DNA of 64,000 nt, from contig CAWKDI010000015.1 of the NCBI GenBank assembly GCA_963848365.1, forward strand, positions 29,037 to 93,036. Reading direction: 5' to 3'. Under the pieces are notes generated by a model. That model ran no database searches and was not told the origin of the DNA. It saw only the letters and a program-made list of their open reading frames with translations. Of the stretch, positions 9,506-16,611 are shown one piece after another; the first letter of the stretch is position 1; every line of letters starts with the position of its first letter. Made by a program: the position numbers and the translations under genes. The DNA comes from an uncultured Acidobacteriota bacterium (lineage in GTDB: Bacteria > Acidobacteriota > Terriglobia > Acidiferrales > UBA7541).

Positions 9506-10480
9506 CTACGGTATCGCAACTCTCAACAAGCGCTGGGGCTCCGTCCCTCCTCGCGTGGGCCAGTAGACCCATTTACCGTCCAAGCTAATCCTGACAGCGG
9601 CCGAGAGTCCGGCACCATCGAGAAACTTGCTGACTTCCCCCGTGGGAGATATTTTAAATAGCGAGGTGCCGCTGGGCAGGTAGATCGTTCCGTCCTTGGT
9701 AATGTCAAAATCGTCCGGACGGAAACCCTGTGCGAACATCGTCAGCGCGCCTTTCGGACGGCCCTTCGAATCCATCTGCACGCGATAAATAGCATTTCGG
9801 CTGGTAACGGCCACATAGACCCAGCCGTCATGAACCTTGATTCCGTTTCCTGCAATATTATTGGGCCGCGCATCGTCAGGCGAGGTGAGTTGGTCGTCCT
9901 TGTACCAAGGTTCGATTTTCTTCCTGGCAAGATCGAGTCGCCAGATAACCGGACTACCTGAGTCGGCTATCACGTAAAAGCCGTGTCCCGCGTAGGCGAT
10001 CCCGTTGAAGTATGCCCCTTTGGGCCCGGGGACCGTATCTGTTATCTTGCCAGCCTTATCGATGACCAGAATTTCGGTGCCAACGTCCACCGAAAAATCG
10101 ATGTGTACTGCGCTCCCAGGCTCCACTCCAACGCTGCCGGCTAAAGGAGTCCTTGGCGAGGATCCCTTGCGCGCCGTGGCGATGAATCCACTTTTGGTCA
10201 CCAGCGGAACCATGATGTGCGCTGGAGCAGATGCAAATTTCTCCACCTGGCCATTTGGACTCACTTTCCAAAATACCTGCTCGTCGATTCCCGTCACGTA
10301 AACGGCGCCATCGGGCGTCTGGCAGAGACCTTCGGTATATCCGGATGAGGGTATGGTCCCCACCGTTTCCACCTTCTTGTTTACCGCCGGCGCCTCCTGC
10401 GCGCGTCCTGGGAAGGCAAATCCATTCCCCAAGGAGATCACAACCATGAGCAAGACACGCTGGCCAAGCTTTCCATTCAT
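9506..10480 (-). CDS. Secreted beta-propeller protein (SMP-30/gluconolactonase/strictosidine-synthase-like)
   Basis: Signal peptide MNGKLGQRVLLMVVISLGNGFAFPGRAQE and repeated short beta-strand blades (..DGAVYVTG.., ..GFYVIADSG.., ..DGWVYVAVTS.., ..DGTIYLPSG..). Family call is by resemblance only. Confidence 0.6.
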   Translation of the reverse strand: MNGKLGQRVLLMVVISLGNGFAFPGRAQEAPAVNKKVETVGTIPSSGYTEGLCQTPDGAVYVTGIDEQVFWKVSPNGQVEKFASAPAHIMVPLVTKSGFIATARKGSSPRTPLAGSVGVEPGSAVHIDFSVDVGTEILVIDKAGKITDTVPGPKGAYFNGIAYAGHGFYVIADSGSPVIWRLDLARKKIEPWYKDDQLTSPDDARPNNIAGNGIKVHDGWVYVAVTSRNAIYRVQMDSKGRPKGALTMFAQGFRPDDFDITKDGTIYLPSGTSLFKISPTGEVSKFLDGAGLSAAVRISLDGKWVYWPTRGGTEPQRLLRVAIP

Positions 10481-10782
10481 TCCGTATACCCTCGCGCTGT
10501 CGAAGATCGGTCGGAGTCTACAAGCTTAATTTCTCTTACGTCAACAGGCCGTGGTTGAAGAAAAGGTAAAGCTCTTGCTCCGTGTCGATCGAGTGCCTCT
10601 AGACGATTAAAGGCAAAGTACGACAGGCTTGAGCGTTGCAAACTGAGGCGCCCCGGTATCGATTTTTCGGTCGACCGAGAGACAAGAACAGGGATTCCGT
10701 TTGCGAAAGCTTCAAACAAGGATCGTGACGCGAGCGGCCACCAGATGGCATAACGATTCTCAGTTCGCAGGAGCCCATGCAT
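10477..10782 (-). pseudogene. Possible C-terminal fragment of a GT1-type glycosyltransferase (gene remnant)
   Basis: The 101-aa ORF contains LFEAFANGIPVLVSRSTEKSIPG, resembling the E-A-x-A-x-G-x-P-V-hydrophobic-x-S/T motif of GT-B glycosyltransferases. It lacks an N-terminal domain, and its upstream end abuts repeat R1. Confidence 0.25.
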
Positions 10783-10799
10783 CTTCCATTTCAGGTGAA

Positions 10800-10824
10800 T
10801 TCTTGGAGCATCTTTGGAGCAACT
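10800..10824 (+). repeat. Repeat R1: TTCTTGGAGCATCTTTGGAGCAACT
   Basis: One of three direct copies of TTCTTGGArCA(N2-4)TTGGArCA, read directly from the sequence. Confidence 0.65.
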
Positions 10825-10897
10825 TGAGGGGTCGGTTCGGGTGAAATCGTCGTGTCAAGCGCAGCCCGAACAGTGACTTAGATTTTATTTCCCCCGA

Positions 10898-10943
10898 GCT
10901 TTGCAAGCAGGGGTCACCGGTTCGATCCCGGTCACGTCCACCA
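10898..10943 (+). pseudogene. tRNA-Ala(UGC) 3'-half remnant (anticodon loop to CCA); no 5' half
   Basis: gc-TTTGCAA-GCAGG-GGTC-ACCGG-TTCGATC-CCGGT-CACGTCC-A-CCA. Perfect T arm; the anticodon loop reads UGC; T sits at the position pairing with G3 (Ala identity); A73 plus encoded CCA. The 40 nt upstream cannot form D arm, 5' anticodon-stem strand or 5' acceptor strand. Confidence 0.7.
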
Positions 10944-11006
10944 GAATCTTATCCCTGTCTTTTCTGCAGCTTAGCTGCAATTTCGGCCTCCGATTTCAGA
11001 GGGCTT

Positions 11007-11029
11007 TTCTTGGAGCATTTGGAACAACT
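11007..11029 (+). repeat. Repeat R2: TTCTTGGAGCATTTGGAACAACT
   Basis: Second copy. The stop codon of the truncated MBL gene (11028-11030, minus strand) overlaps its 3' end. Confidence 0.65.
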
Positions 11030-11570
11030 ACGGCTTTTGGAAGGTCAAAACCGTAGCCGGCAGACCGGCGATCATCCCACGAACAGCATCGAGCGACTCC
11101 CTCAGGCGATCCAGAGAAAGCCGAGCCATCAGATGTTTTGTCGTGTCGCTGGCGACAATGTCCAACTTAGCTTCGCTCGTCGTATAGGCTGAGTTGCCCT
11201 GCGTATGGTCTAAGTGGAAATGGCTGTTCACCAGGTAACGAACTGGCTTGGTCGTCACCTCTTTCTTGATCTGAGCGATTAGGGAGGCAGCGGCGGACGG
11301 TGTGGAGTGAGCGTCCACAACCACCAAGTCGTTGGAGTTCACAAAAATGGCGGCGTTGCAGTTTGGCATGACCTGCGGCCGGGCTAACGCAGCATAGACA
11401 CCATCGTTGACTTTCTCGATGGTGAACAGCTTCGTGCTCGCCCCGGGCGACTGGGCCCGCGCCCAAGTGGCGCGCAGGAACGCCTCCTCAATTAGCGACG
11501 CGCCAGCCAGCATCCCCCCGAAAACCCTGGTGAAAAAATCGCGCCGAGAGTGCACATGGTGGCCGTACAC
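11028..11570 (-). pseudogene. Metallo-beta-lactamase-fold protein with Tat signal, C-terminally truncated
   Basis: SRRDFFTRVFGGMLAGASL (Tat-like) and HFHLDH (HxHxDH). The ORF ends about 50 aa after this motif without the later His/Asp ligands expected in the fold. Confidence 0.6.
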
Positions 11571-11714
11571 GACGGTTCCTCCCCTTTTTGAATTAACGTG
11601 GAATTTTAGAATTTAAGTCCATAGGTGCGCGTACGGTAGCTCCGCCGCCATTTCGTGTCAACTTCGCCCGGGCGATGCCGAACTGATCGTGCAATGATCC
11701 CGACAGGACCCAAT

Positions 11715-11739
11715 TTCTTGGAACAACGTTGGAACATTT
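11715..11739 (+). repeat. Repeat R3: TTCTTGGAACAACGTTGGAACATTT
   Basis: Third copy, same orientation, about 65 nt upstream of the second tRNA-like 3' half. Confidence 0.6.
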
Positions 11740-11801
11740 AAATTGAGTGATGTCGCCCGGATGCGACGGACAAGACCCGATGTAGAGTAGCCTCGCGACG
11801 C

Positions 11802-11846
11802 CTTCAAAGCAGAGGGTCGGGGGTTCGAATCCCTCCGGGCGCGCCA
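11802..11846 (+). pseudogene. tRNA 3'-half remnant of uncertain identity (loop-like CTTCAAA, G73, CCA)
   Basis: CTTCAAA-GCAGA-GGGTC-GGGGG-TTCGAAT-CCCTC-CGGGCGC-G-CCA. Good T arm (one G-T pair). The preceding GACGC cannot pair with GCAGA, and no D arm or 5' acceptor strand is present. Confidence 0.6.
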
Positions 11847-13277
11847 TTCCTCATTTTGGGCTCTTTCAAATATCAGGTCGAAGGGCTTTCTGTAAGTAGG
11901 ATAAACACTTGTCGCATCGACAGAGCAGTTCGAAAGCACGATTCGAAGCAATTTCCCTTTTTCTGCCGGTGGCTGCCTAAGGTAAAGAAAATAGGCCTTA
12001 TTCGCGAGTTCTAAAATCCGAATGCCCTCAAGCATTCTCTCAGGACTCTGCTTCTCAAGCCCTTGCAGCGCCACAGAATTTGCTGTTGCTCCTCATTCCA
12101 GTCTGAGGATCGGGCTTCCCAGAATTCCTCACTAATCTTGCCGTCCAGCTTATCCGTATAGGCACGTTCCAATCGTCCGCGCACCTGCGCTAGTCTCTGT
12201 GACAATCGGTCGTATTCCGTTTTTACTTGGACCTCAGATCGGCCTTTGTCGTGAAGCAAAGAATCTCGGAGGCTCGCGAGAATATCGTCTGGAATGTGAA
12301 TGTTCTCGAGGATTCCGCCGAGCCGGTCTCCAAGCTCCTCTTCGCGAAAATACGGTAGCTCGCACTTGCCGCGATAACCCGTGCAACGATAATAGGTATA
12401 GCGGTTCTTCTTGAGTTCCGCCGTCACCATGCAGTCGTCATACGCACATCGCAATAGACCGCCAAAAGCAAACCGGTGCTTTTTCTGCTTCGGTCGATTA
12501 TGCCCTTGAAAGACGGCCTGGACCTGATCGAACAGGTCGCGGCTAATCAGAGGCGTCTGTGTGTGCCCCGATACAACTTGCCTTCCCAATAGAATTCTCC
12601 GATGTAAAAGGGGTTTTTGAGAATTCTCGCCAAATAGCCGTTGGAAAAGACCGGCCCAAATTGATCTTTAATGACCCTGCGAACGCTTGAAAGTGAATGA
12701 TTCCCGCTGGCATAAAGCTCGAAAATCCGTTTCGCGAGAGGAATTTTATTCGGGTCGGTTTCAATGGTGTGTTCGAGCTTGTTATTCCGATATCCCAGCG
12801 GAGGGCGGCTCGGGTAAATTCCCTGTTCCGCCTTCTCCCGCATGCCCTTGCGAACCTCTTCGCGGAGATTCTCGATGTAGTTCCGAGCGATAACTACCTG
12901 GATGCCGTGCATCAGTTTCGCTTGGGACTTTGCTTCCTTGCTGATAATCTGCCCTTCTTTCGGCAGTTGTATTTCCACCTCCAAATCTTCTAGCGTCACG
13001 CAATCCCGGAAATTACGGTATAAGCGGTCGGTCTTTTCAACGATGACCGTCCGGCAATTTGGATTCAGGCGAAGAAATCGCACCATTTCATCGAATTGCT
13101 TTCTTCCGGTTTTCTTGGCCGTTTCCACATCCACAAATTCGCACATGATCTGCAAGCGATTTTTCTGGGCGTATTCCCGCAATAGTTTCAATTGGGCTGG
13201 AATGGAGAAGCCTTCCTGCTCTTGTTCCTTGCTGGAAACGCGAGCGTAAATAACGGCGAGTATTAAGGCGAGTGTCA

Positions 13278-13733
13278 TTATTTAATATTCTCCCGTGGAA
13301 TTTTACGGCCCAAATTTGCTAGCTCACCTTGCACGCGTTCAATTTCATTGTCAACGGCCTGGATTGCATTTTTGATATCGGGGTCGATAAAAACAAGTCC
13401 CTGCTTTTCAGTGAGTTGCAGTTTTTGTCTCTTCAAATGCTGGATCCTGTTAAATAAAAGATTCGCTTTGTGCGATCCGAATCCTTTTCCCGAAACTAGA
13501 AGTTCCTCTCCCATAATCTTGTGCAATCTCTTGATGCCGAGTTTCCCCCGAAAAAATATTTGGATTCCGCATTCTAGGCAAACGCAATAGGGCTTACCGC
13601 TGCGGGAAAGCCGAATATCGAGGCCGGAGGCACAAACAGGGCAGGGGAAATCCCTCCCCGCAAAGGAATTTCCCTTGGGTTCTGTTGCCTTGAACGTAAC
13701 GTTAACGTTGGGCTCTCGTCGGTCAGTCTTCAT
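13278..13733 (-). CDS. Zinc-ribbon + coiled-coil hypothetical protein, translationally coupled to the recombinase
   Basis: CPVCASGLD..(12 aa)..CVCLECG four-Cys ribbon. The C-terminal heptad-like region overlaps the recombinase start codon. Start taken at ATG 13733 (track start 13772 also possible). Confidence 0.55.
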   Translation of the reverse strand: MKTDRREPNVNVTFKATEPKGNSFAGRDFPCPVCASGLDIRLSRSGKPYCVCLECGIQIFFRGKLGIKRLHKIMGEELLVSGKGFGSHKANLLFNRIQHLKRQKLQLTEKQGLVFIDPDIKNAIQAVDNEIERVQGELANLGRKIPRENIK

Positions 13734-13941
13734 GCTTGTTTTCCTTTCGGTCCCATTGATCGAGTAGCTCAAAGAAGCTTCTCAATGTCACAATCGAGTC
13801 CTCATCTAGTGGACGCTCTGCAAAAGGTAGGGCCTGCTTGGCATTAACTGAGGCACCTTGCTGATGATTTCGGTCGAAACGATTCGAGGGGTCTGCGATA
13901 TCTGACTTCTCGGGACACCTTTTTGAGCCTTGGTCGGGCAT
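13723..13941 (-). CDS. Small hypothetical protein (about 72 aa)
   Basis: ATG 13941. Its 3' end overlaps the next ORF by 11 nt (ATGAAGACTGA). No recognisable motif. The longer track ORF (to 14127) overlaps the divergent gene. Confidence 0.3.
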   Translation of the reverse strand: MPDQGSKRCPEKSDIADPSNRFDRNHQQGASVNAKQALPFAERPLDEDSIVTLRSFFELLDQWDRKENKHED

Positions 13942-14142
13942 ACTCTTTGCAGGGGCCGTGAACTGGCTAGGCCGCGTCGGACATGCCCATCGAACAACGG
14001 CGACGTGCTTAGGTGAAGGAACTGAAAAGGGAGTTTCATTTCCGCTATGAGCCCGGGCAAGAGGAAGCGAAAGCCGCGCATTCACATTCCCGAATCTGCC
14101 CAGACCAGTTGGAGAGACAAAGTTCATCCGTTTTTCCTACGA

Positions 14143-14742
14143 ATGGTGGATCACAACAATAAGACGCGGGCTTTGCTGGCCAGTGCGAACACAAAAGACC
14201 AAGAGGAAGGTCGGCGGCTCACAGCAAATCCACCTCCTGAGCTAATTGCAGAAGCAGAGCGTATGCACGATGCGATTCCTCCATCGGAGCGGCCCGAACA
14301 CGACGCCTATTTGTCGATATTCGGAGCGGTTGATGCGCCCGAGGGCGGCACGATCTCGATGGGCCAATACATGATGGGATGGCTGGCTTGGAACAAATAC
14401 GGCAGATCGATCGTCGAGATCATAGAGGGAGACCAATTGGGAGACGAACAATCCAGCAGACAGCTTGCCAGCGTGACAGAGGATTATCAGGCTTGGCGTT
14501 ACGGGAAGCTGGACCCCAATAAAATGCGCTTTAAGTTCGACAGCGACCACATACAGCTATTGCAAGCCGGATCGCACCTGGGACTCGAGTCGCTCTCTCC
14601 CGAAGAACTAGCCGATTGTTTCGACGCACTGTGCTTGTGTGGCCGAACGCACGATCCAGACAATCTGCGAAAGCTTCGAACTCGGCTGGCCCAAACAATG
14701 GAACGGTTGACAGCAAAAAGCCGCAACCCGGGTTCTGACTAA
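14143..14742 (+). CDS. Hypothetical protein (cargo of the recombinase-associated segment)
   Basis: Open frame with protein-like composition and no motif recognised. Start at ATG 14143 (MVDHNNK) is preferred over 14047, which overlaps the opposite-strand ORF. Confidence 0.5.
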   Translation: MVDHNNKTRALLASANTKDQEEGRRLTANPPPELIAEAERMHDAIPPSERPEHDAYLSIFGAVDAPEGGTISMGQYMMGWLAWNKYGRSIVEIIEGDQLGDEQSSRQLASVTEDYQAWRYGKLDPNKMRFKFDSDHIQLLQAGSHLGLESLSPEELADCFDALCLCGRTHDPDNLRKLRTRLAQTMERLTAKSRNPGSD

Positions 14743-15080
14743 GAACAACGACGTGTGGCCTCGGCCAAATCGCGAAATTGCGGGCGAGCGTCCGCGCTTT
14801 GGCTACGGGCGGGTGCATGAATGCTGTGGCGGGAGCAAGAGACCGGCACGGCGAAGTGGGTGGTGAACCACAAGCGCGTGTAAATGACCGGGCGTACCGG
14901 CATATCAAAAGCAAAAGTTCGGTTCGAAAGAAATAGCTGCCATTATCGCCACCATGCCATGCGACGTTGATTTCGATGAACAAAGAAATCTTTTCCGCGA
15001 TCCGCGAAAAATCGGTTTCACCTGAATATTAAAGCCAGAAAGTTACTCCGGCACATTGAGAAACAACCGAGCGATATGAG

Positions 15081-15116
15081 AAGGGGCCGTGCTCGGGATG
15101 AGGAGGACGGCCCCTT
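15081..15116 (-). terminator. GC-rich hairpin downstream of the COG4315-like gene
   Basis: AAGGGGCCGT / ACGGCCCCTT 10-bp stem with a 16-nt loop, 14 nt after the stop at 15130. No clear U tract. Confidence 0.4.
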
Positions 15117-15129
15117 CGTTCAACATCTG

Positions 15130-15534
15130 TTAGGGCAGAGCTGCATGCCAGTTGCCCTTGGCAGCACCGTCACCAGCAGTGTCGCCAGCCTTCATGTCCT
15201 TGACAAAGGTGTACAGCGGTTTCCCTTTGTAGGCCCATTGCGTGGAACCGTCATCGCGAGTTACAACGCTCCAGTCCCCCGTGGACTTCGCGTCTGCTGA
15301 AGCGGCCAATGGCGGCCAGTTCGTGGCGCACTGCCCATTGCATGTCGATTTTCCCGAAGTATCCCTGTCGGACGTATAGAGCGTCATTCCCTTCGCGTCC
15401 GCCAAAACAACCGTCCCGGAATCTGCTTTCCGTGTCTGAACGCCTCCGGGCAGTTTGTCGGCGGCGTAAGCGTATCCGGCAAGAAGCAGAAGAAAACCAC
15501 ACGCAAACATTTTGATATTTCGCATTTTCGTCAA
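15130..15534 (-). CDS. Secreted lipoprotein-like protein of the COG4315 type (Yx[FWY]xxD repeats)
   Basis: Signal peptide MFACGFLLLLAGYAYA; TLYTSDRD..CNGQCATNWPPL..GKPLYTFVKD. Confidence 0.75.
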   Translation of the reverse strand: MTKMRNIKMFACGFLLLLAGYAYAADKLPGGVQTRKADSGTVVLADAKGMTLYTSDRDTSGKSTCNGQCATNWPPLAASADAKSTGDWSVVTRDDGSTQWAYKGKPLYTFVKDMKAGDTAGDGAAKGNWHAALP

Positions 15535-15691
15535 TCCTCCTCGATGGATTTATGAGCTTTTCGACCAACGTCTTTTTCAGTTAAGACGGCATGTTGTGCC
15601 GCGACAACCATGCGGCCCCGACGACGCCGTAAGGCATCTCACCAAACTCTGAGTCTAAGAGCGGAGTGGGAGTTAATCGGGAAACGCAGAG

Positions 15692-16069
15692 CTAACGTCG
15701 TGGAGGCTTGTCTAGAGGCAAAATAAATTGTGAAGGTTCTTTCGCATAAGTGATTACGCCCGGCATACGCGTTGTCCCCGGCAACAGCAAAGGCTGAACA
15801 TCCGCCAGAACTGCTTCCGGTGCAAGTTGCAGAATTCCGGAATCAGTATGCTGATTACAACCAGCCATGTTGCACTGTTGGCTGTCACCCCTGGCACTAT
15901 CACATAGAGGCTTCCCGTCTCGCCCTCGTTGCGAAGAGCCGCTTTTGTGCATCGGACACACAGTCCCGCAGCAACAGCAGCCAGACGACTGAGAGATCGC
16001 TTCCGCGAATCCCAAGAGCGGGCTCGACAACATCGTAACCAACAACAGGAATGCTTGGATGTGCCGCAT
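15692..16069 (-). CDS. Secreted Cys-rich protein, paralogue A (CCCCG-x2-CPMH)
   Basis: MRHIQAFLLLVTMLSSPLLGFAEA signal, then SGCCCCGTVCPMH..GKPLC..QQCNMAGCN..DSGIL..EAVL..YAKEP..PPRR. Start at ATG 16069. Confidence 0.6.
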   Translation of the reverse strand: MRHIQAFLLLVTMLSSPLLGFAEAISQSSGCCCCGTVCPMHKSGSSQRGRDGKPLCDSARGDSQQCNMAGCNQHTDSGILQLAPEAVLADVQPLLLPGTTRMPGVITYAKEPSQFILPLDKPPRR

Positions 16070-16188
16070 GCGGTAGGTTCTACTACTAAAAAGTTTTGGG
16101 CGCAACTCCATTGGGTAGCTGCGAGGATGCGCTCAGTCTTTTCGCGAGAAGCTTGCTTTTTTGAAACGTCAGTAGTACAAACTTTGCA

Positions 16189-16572
16189 ATGCGACGTGTG
16201 CATGCATTTTTCCTTTTCATTGCGATGATGGCCAATCCCATTGCGGCCATGGCCTCTGCCATATTGCAGCCTTCGACGTCCTGCTGCTGTTGCGGCGCGA
16301 TGTGTCCCATGCACCGGCCTTCTCATTCTCAAGATACGCATGGAAGAAAGCTTTGCGGCGGCGGAAAGACGGATTCGAGCAAGTCATGCGATATGGGCAT
16401 CTGCAACTGCAATCCTCGTTCCGATTTCGGAATTCTATTTTTCGTAGAAGCGGTTTTGACACAACACCACGTTGTTTCGATCCTGCAACAAACACGATTT
16501 CTAGGCCTGAGCTCATACGCTGCTGAGCCTGTGCGATCCGTGCTGCCTCCTGAACAACCTCCTCGTCTGTAG
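16189..16572 (+). CDS. Secreted Cys-rich protein, paralogue B (CCCCG-x2-CPMH)
   Basis: MRRVHAFFLFIAMMANPIAAMASA signal, then TSCCCCGAMCPMH..GRKLC..KSCDMGICNCN..DFGIL..EAVL..YAAEP..PPRL. Lies 40 nt upstream of the TonB receptor gene. Confidence 0.6.
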   Translation: MRRVHAFFLFIAMMANPIAAMASAILQPSTSCCCCGAMCPMHRPSHSQDTHGRKLCGGGKTDSSKSCDMGICNCNPRSDFGILFFVEAVLTQHHVVSILQQTRFLGLSSYAAEPVRSVLPPEQPPRL

Positions 16573-16611
16573 TCCGTAAGCCCCAGCAGTTCAAAGCACT
16601 AAAAAACCATA

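Larger units (their letters stand above)
11658..13278 (-). pseudogene. Large serine recombinase, split over three frames by two 1-nt frameshifts; the last ORF reads through the tRNA-like fragment
   Basis: ORF 12547-13278 has the resolvase catalytic N-terminus (AVIYARVSSKEQ..). ORF 12011-12589 has the recombinase/zinc-ribbon part (LLRCAYDDCMVTAE..YYRCTGYRGKC) and a coiled coil. ORF 11658-12074 has the C-terminal part. Junctions: ..YRGTH|TPLISRDLF (about 12560) and ..EEQQQIL|ALQGLEKQ (about 12065). The tail ..WRARRDSNPRP is the antisense translation of a T arm. Confidence 0.8.
10800..14742. mobile_element. Degraded integrative-element / recombination-scar region
   Basis: Contains two tRNA 3' halves, three R repeats, two truncated genes, a serine recombinase with small unknown ORFs, and visibly more AT-rich sequence than the flanks. 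Boundaries are not defined by any repeat I could find. Confidence 0.5.

Noticed and set aside
10560-10943. tmRNA (ssrA), suggested by a T arm + GTCCACCA end with a U pairing to G3
   Set aside because: No 5' acceptor strand (GGGCGTG or similar), no tag ORF ending in ..ALAA and no pseudoknot pattern upstream. The fragment also carries a UGC anticodon loop and GCAGG stem strand typical of tRNA-Ala, which tmRNA lacks. A permuted two-piece tmRNA was also checked: no GGGG-type 5' strand follows the CCA.
10800-11739. R repeats as sigma-54 (-24/-12) promoters
   Set aside because: TGGA[GA]CA-N-TTGG has GG where the -12 element needs GC, and the spacing is off by one or more nt in all three copies.
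10500-11846. tRNA genes interrupted by group I introns in the anticodon loop
   Set aside because: No matching 5' exons (acceptor 5' strand, D arm) are found 150-400 nt upstream of either 3' half. For the second half, the upstream sequence is the MBL coding region.
11752-11846. A 93-95 nt tRNA-Sec (loop CTTCAAA, G73, CGCCCGG at 11754-11760 complementary to CCGGGCG at 11835-11841)
   Set aside because: Despite the 7-bp long-range complementarity, I cannot build a D stem, a 6-bp anticodon stem or a long variable arm. The T stem would shrink to 4 bp, and the 5' segment prefers a local hairpin (GTCGC/GCGAC).
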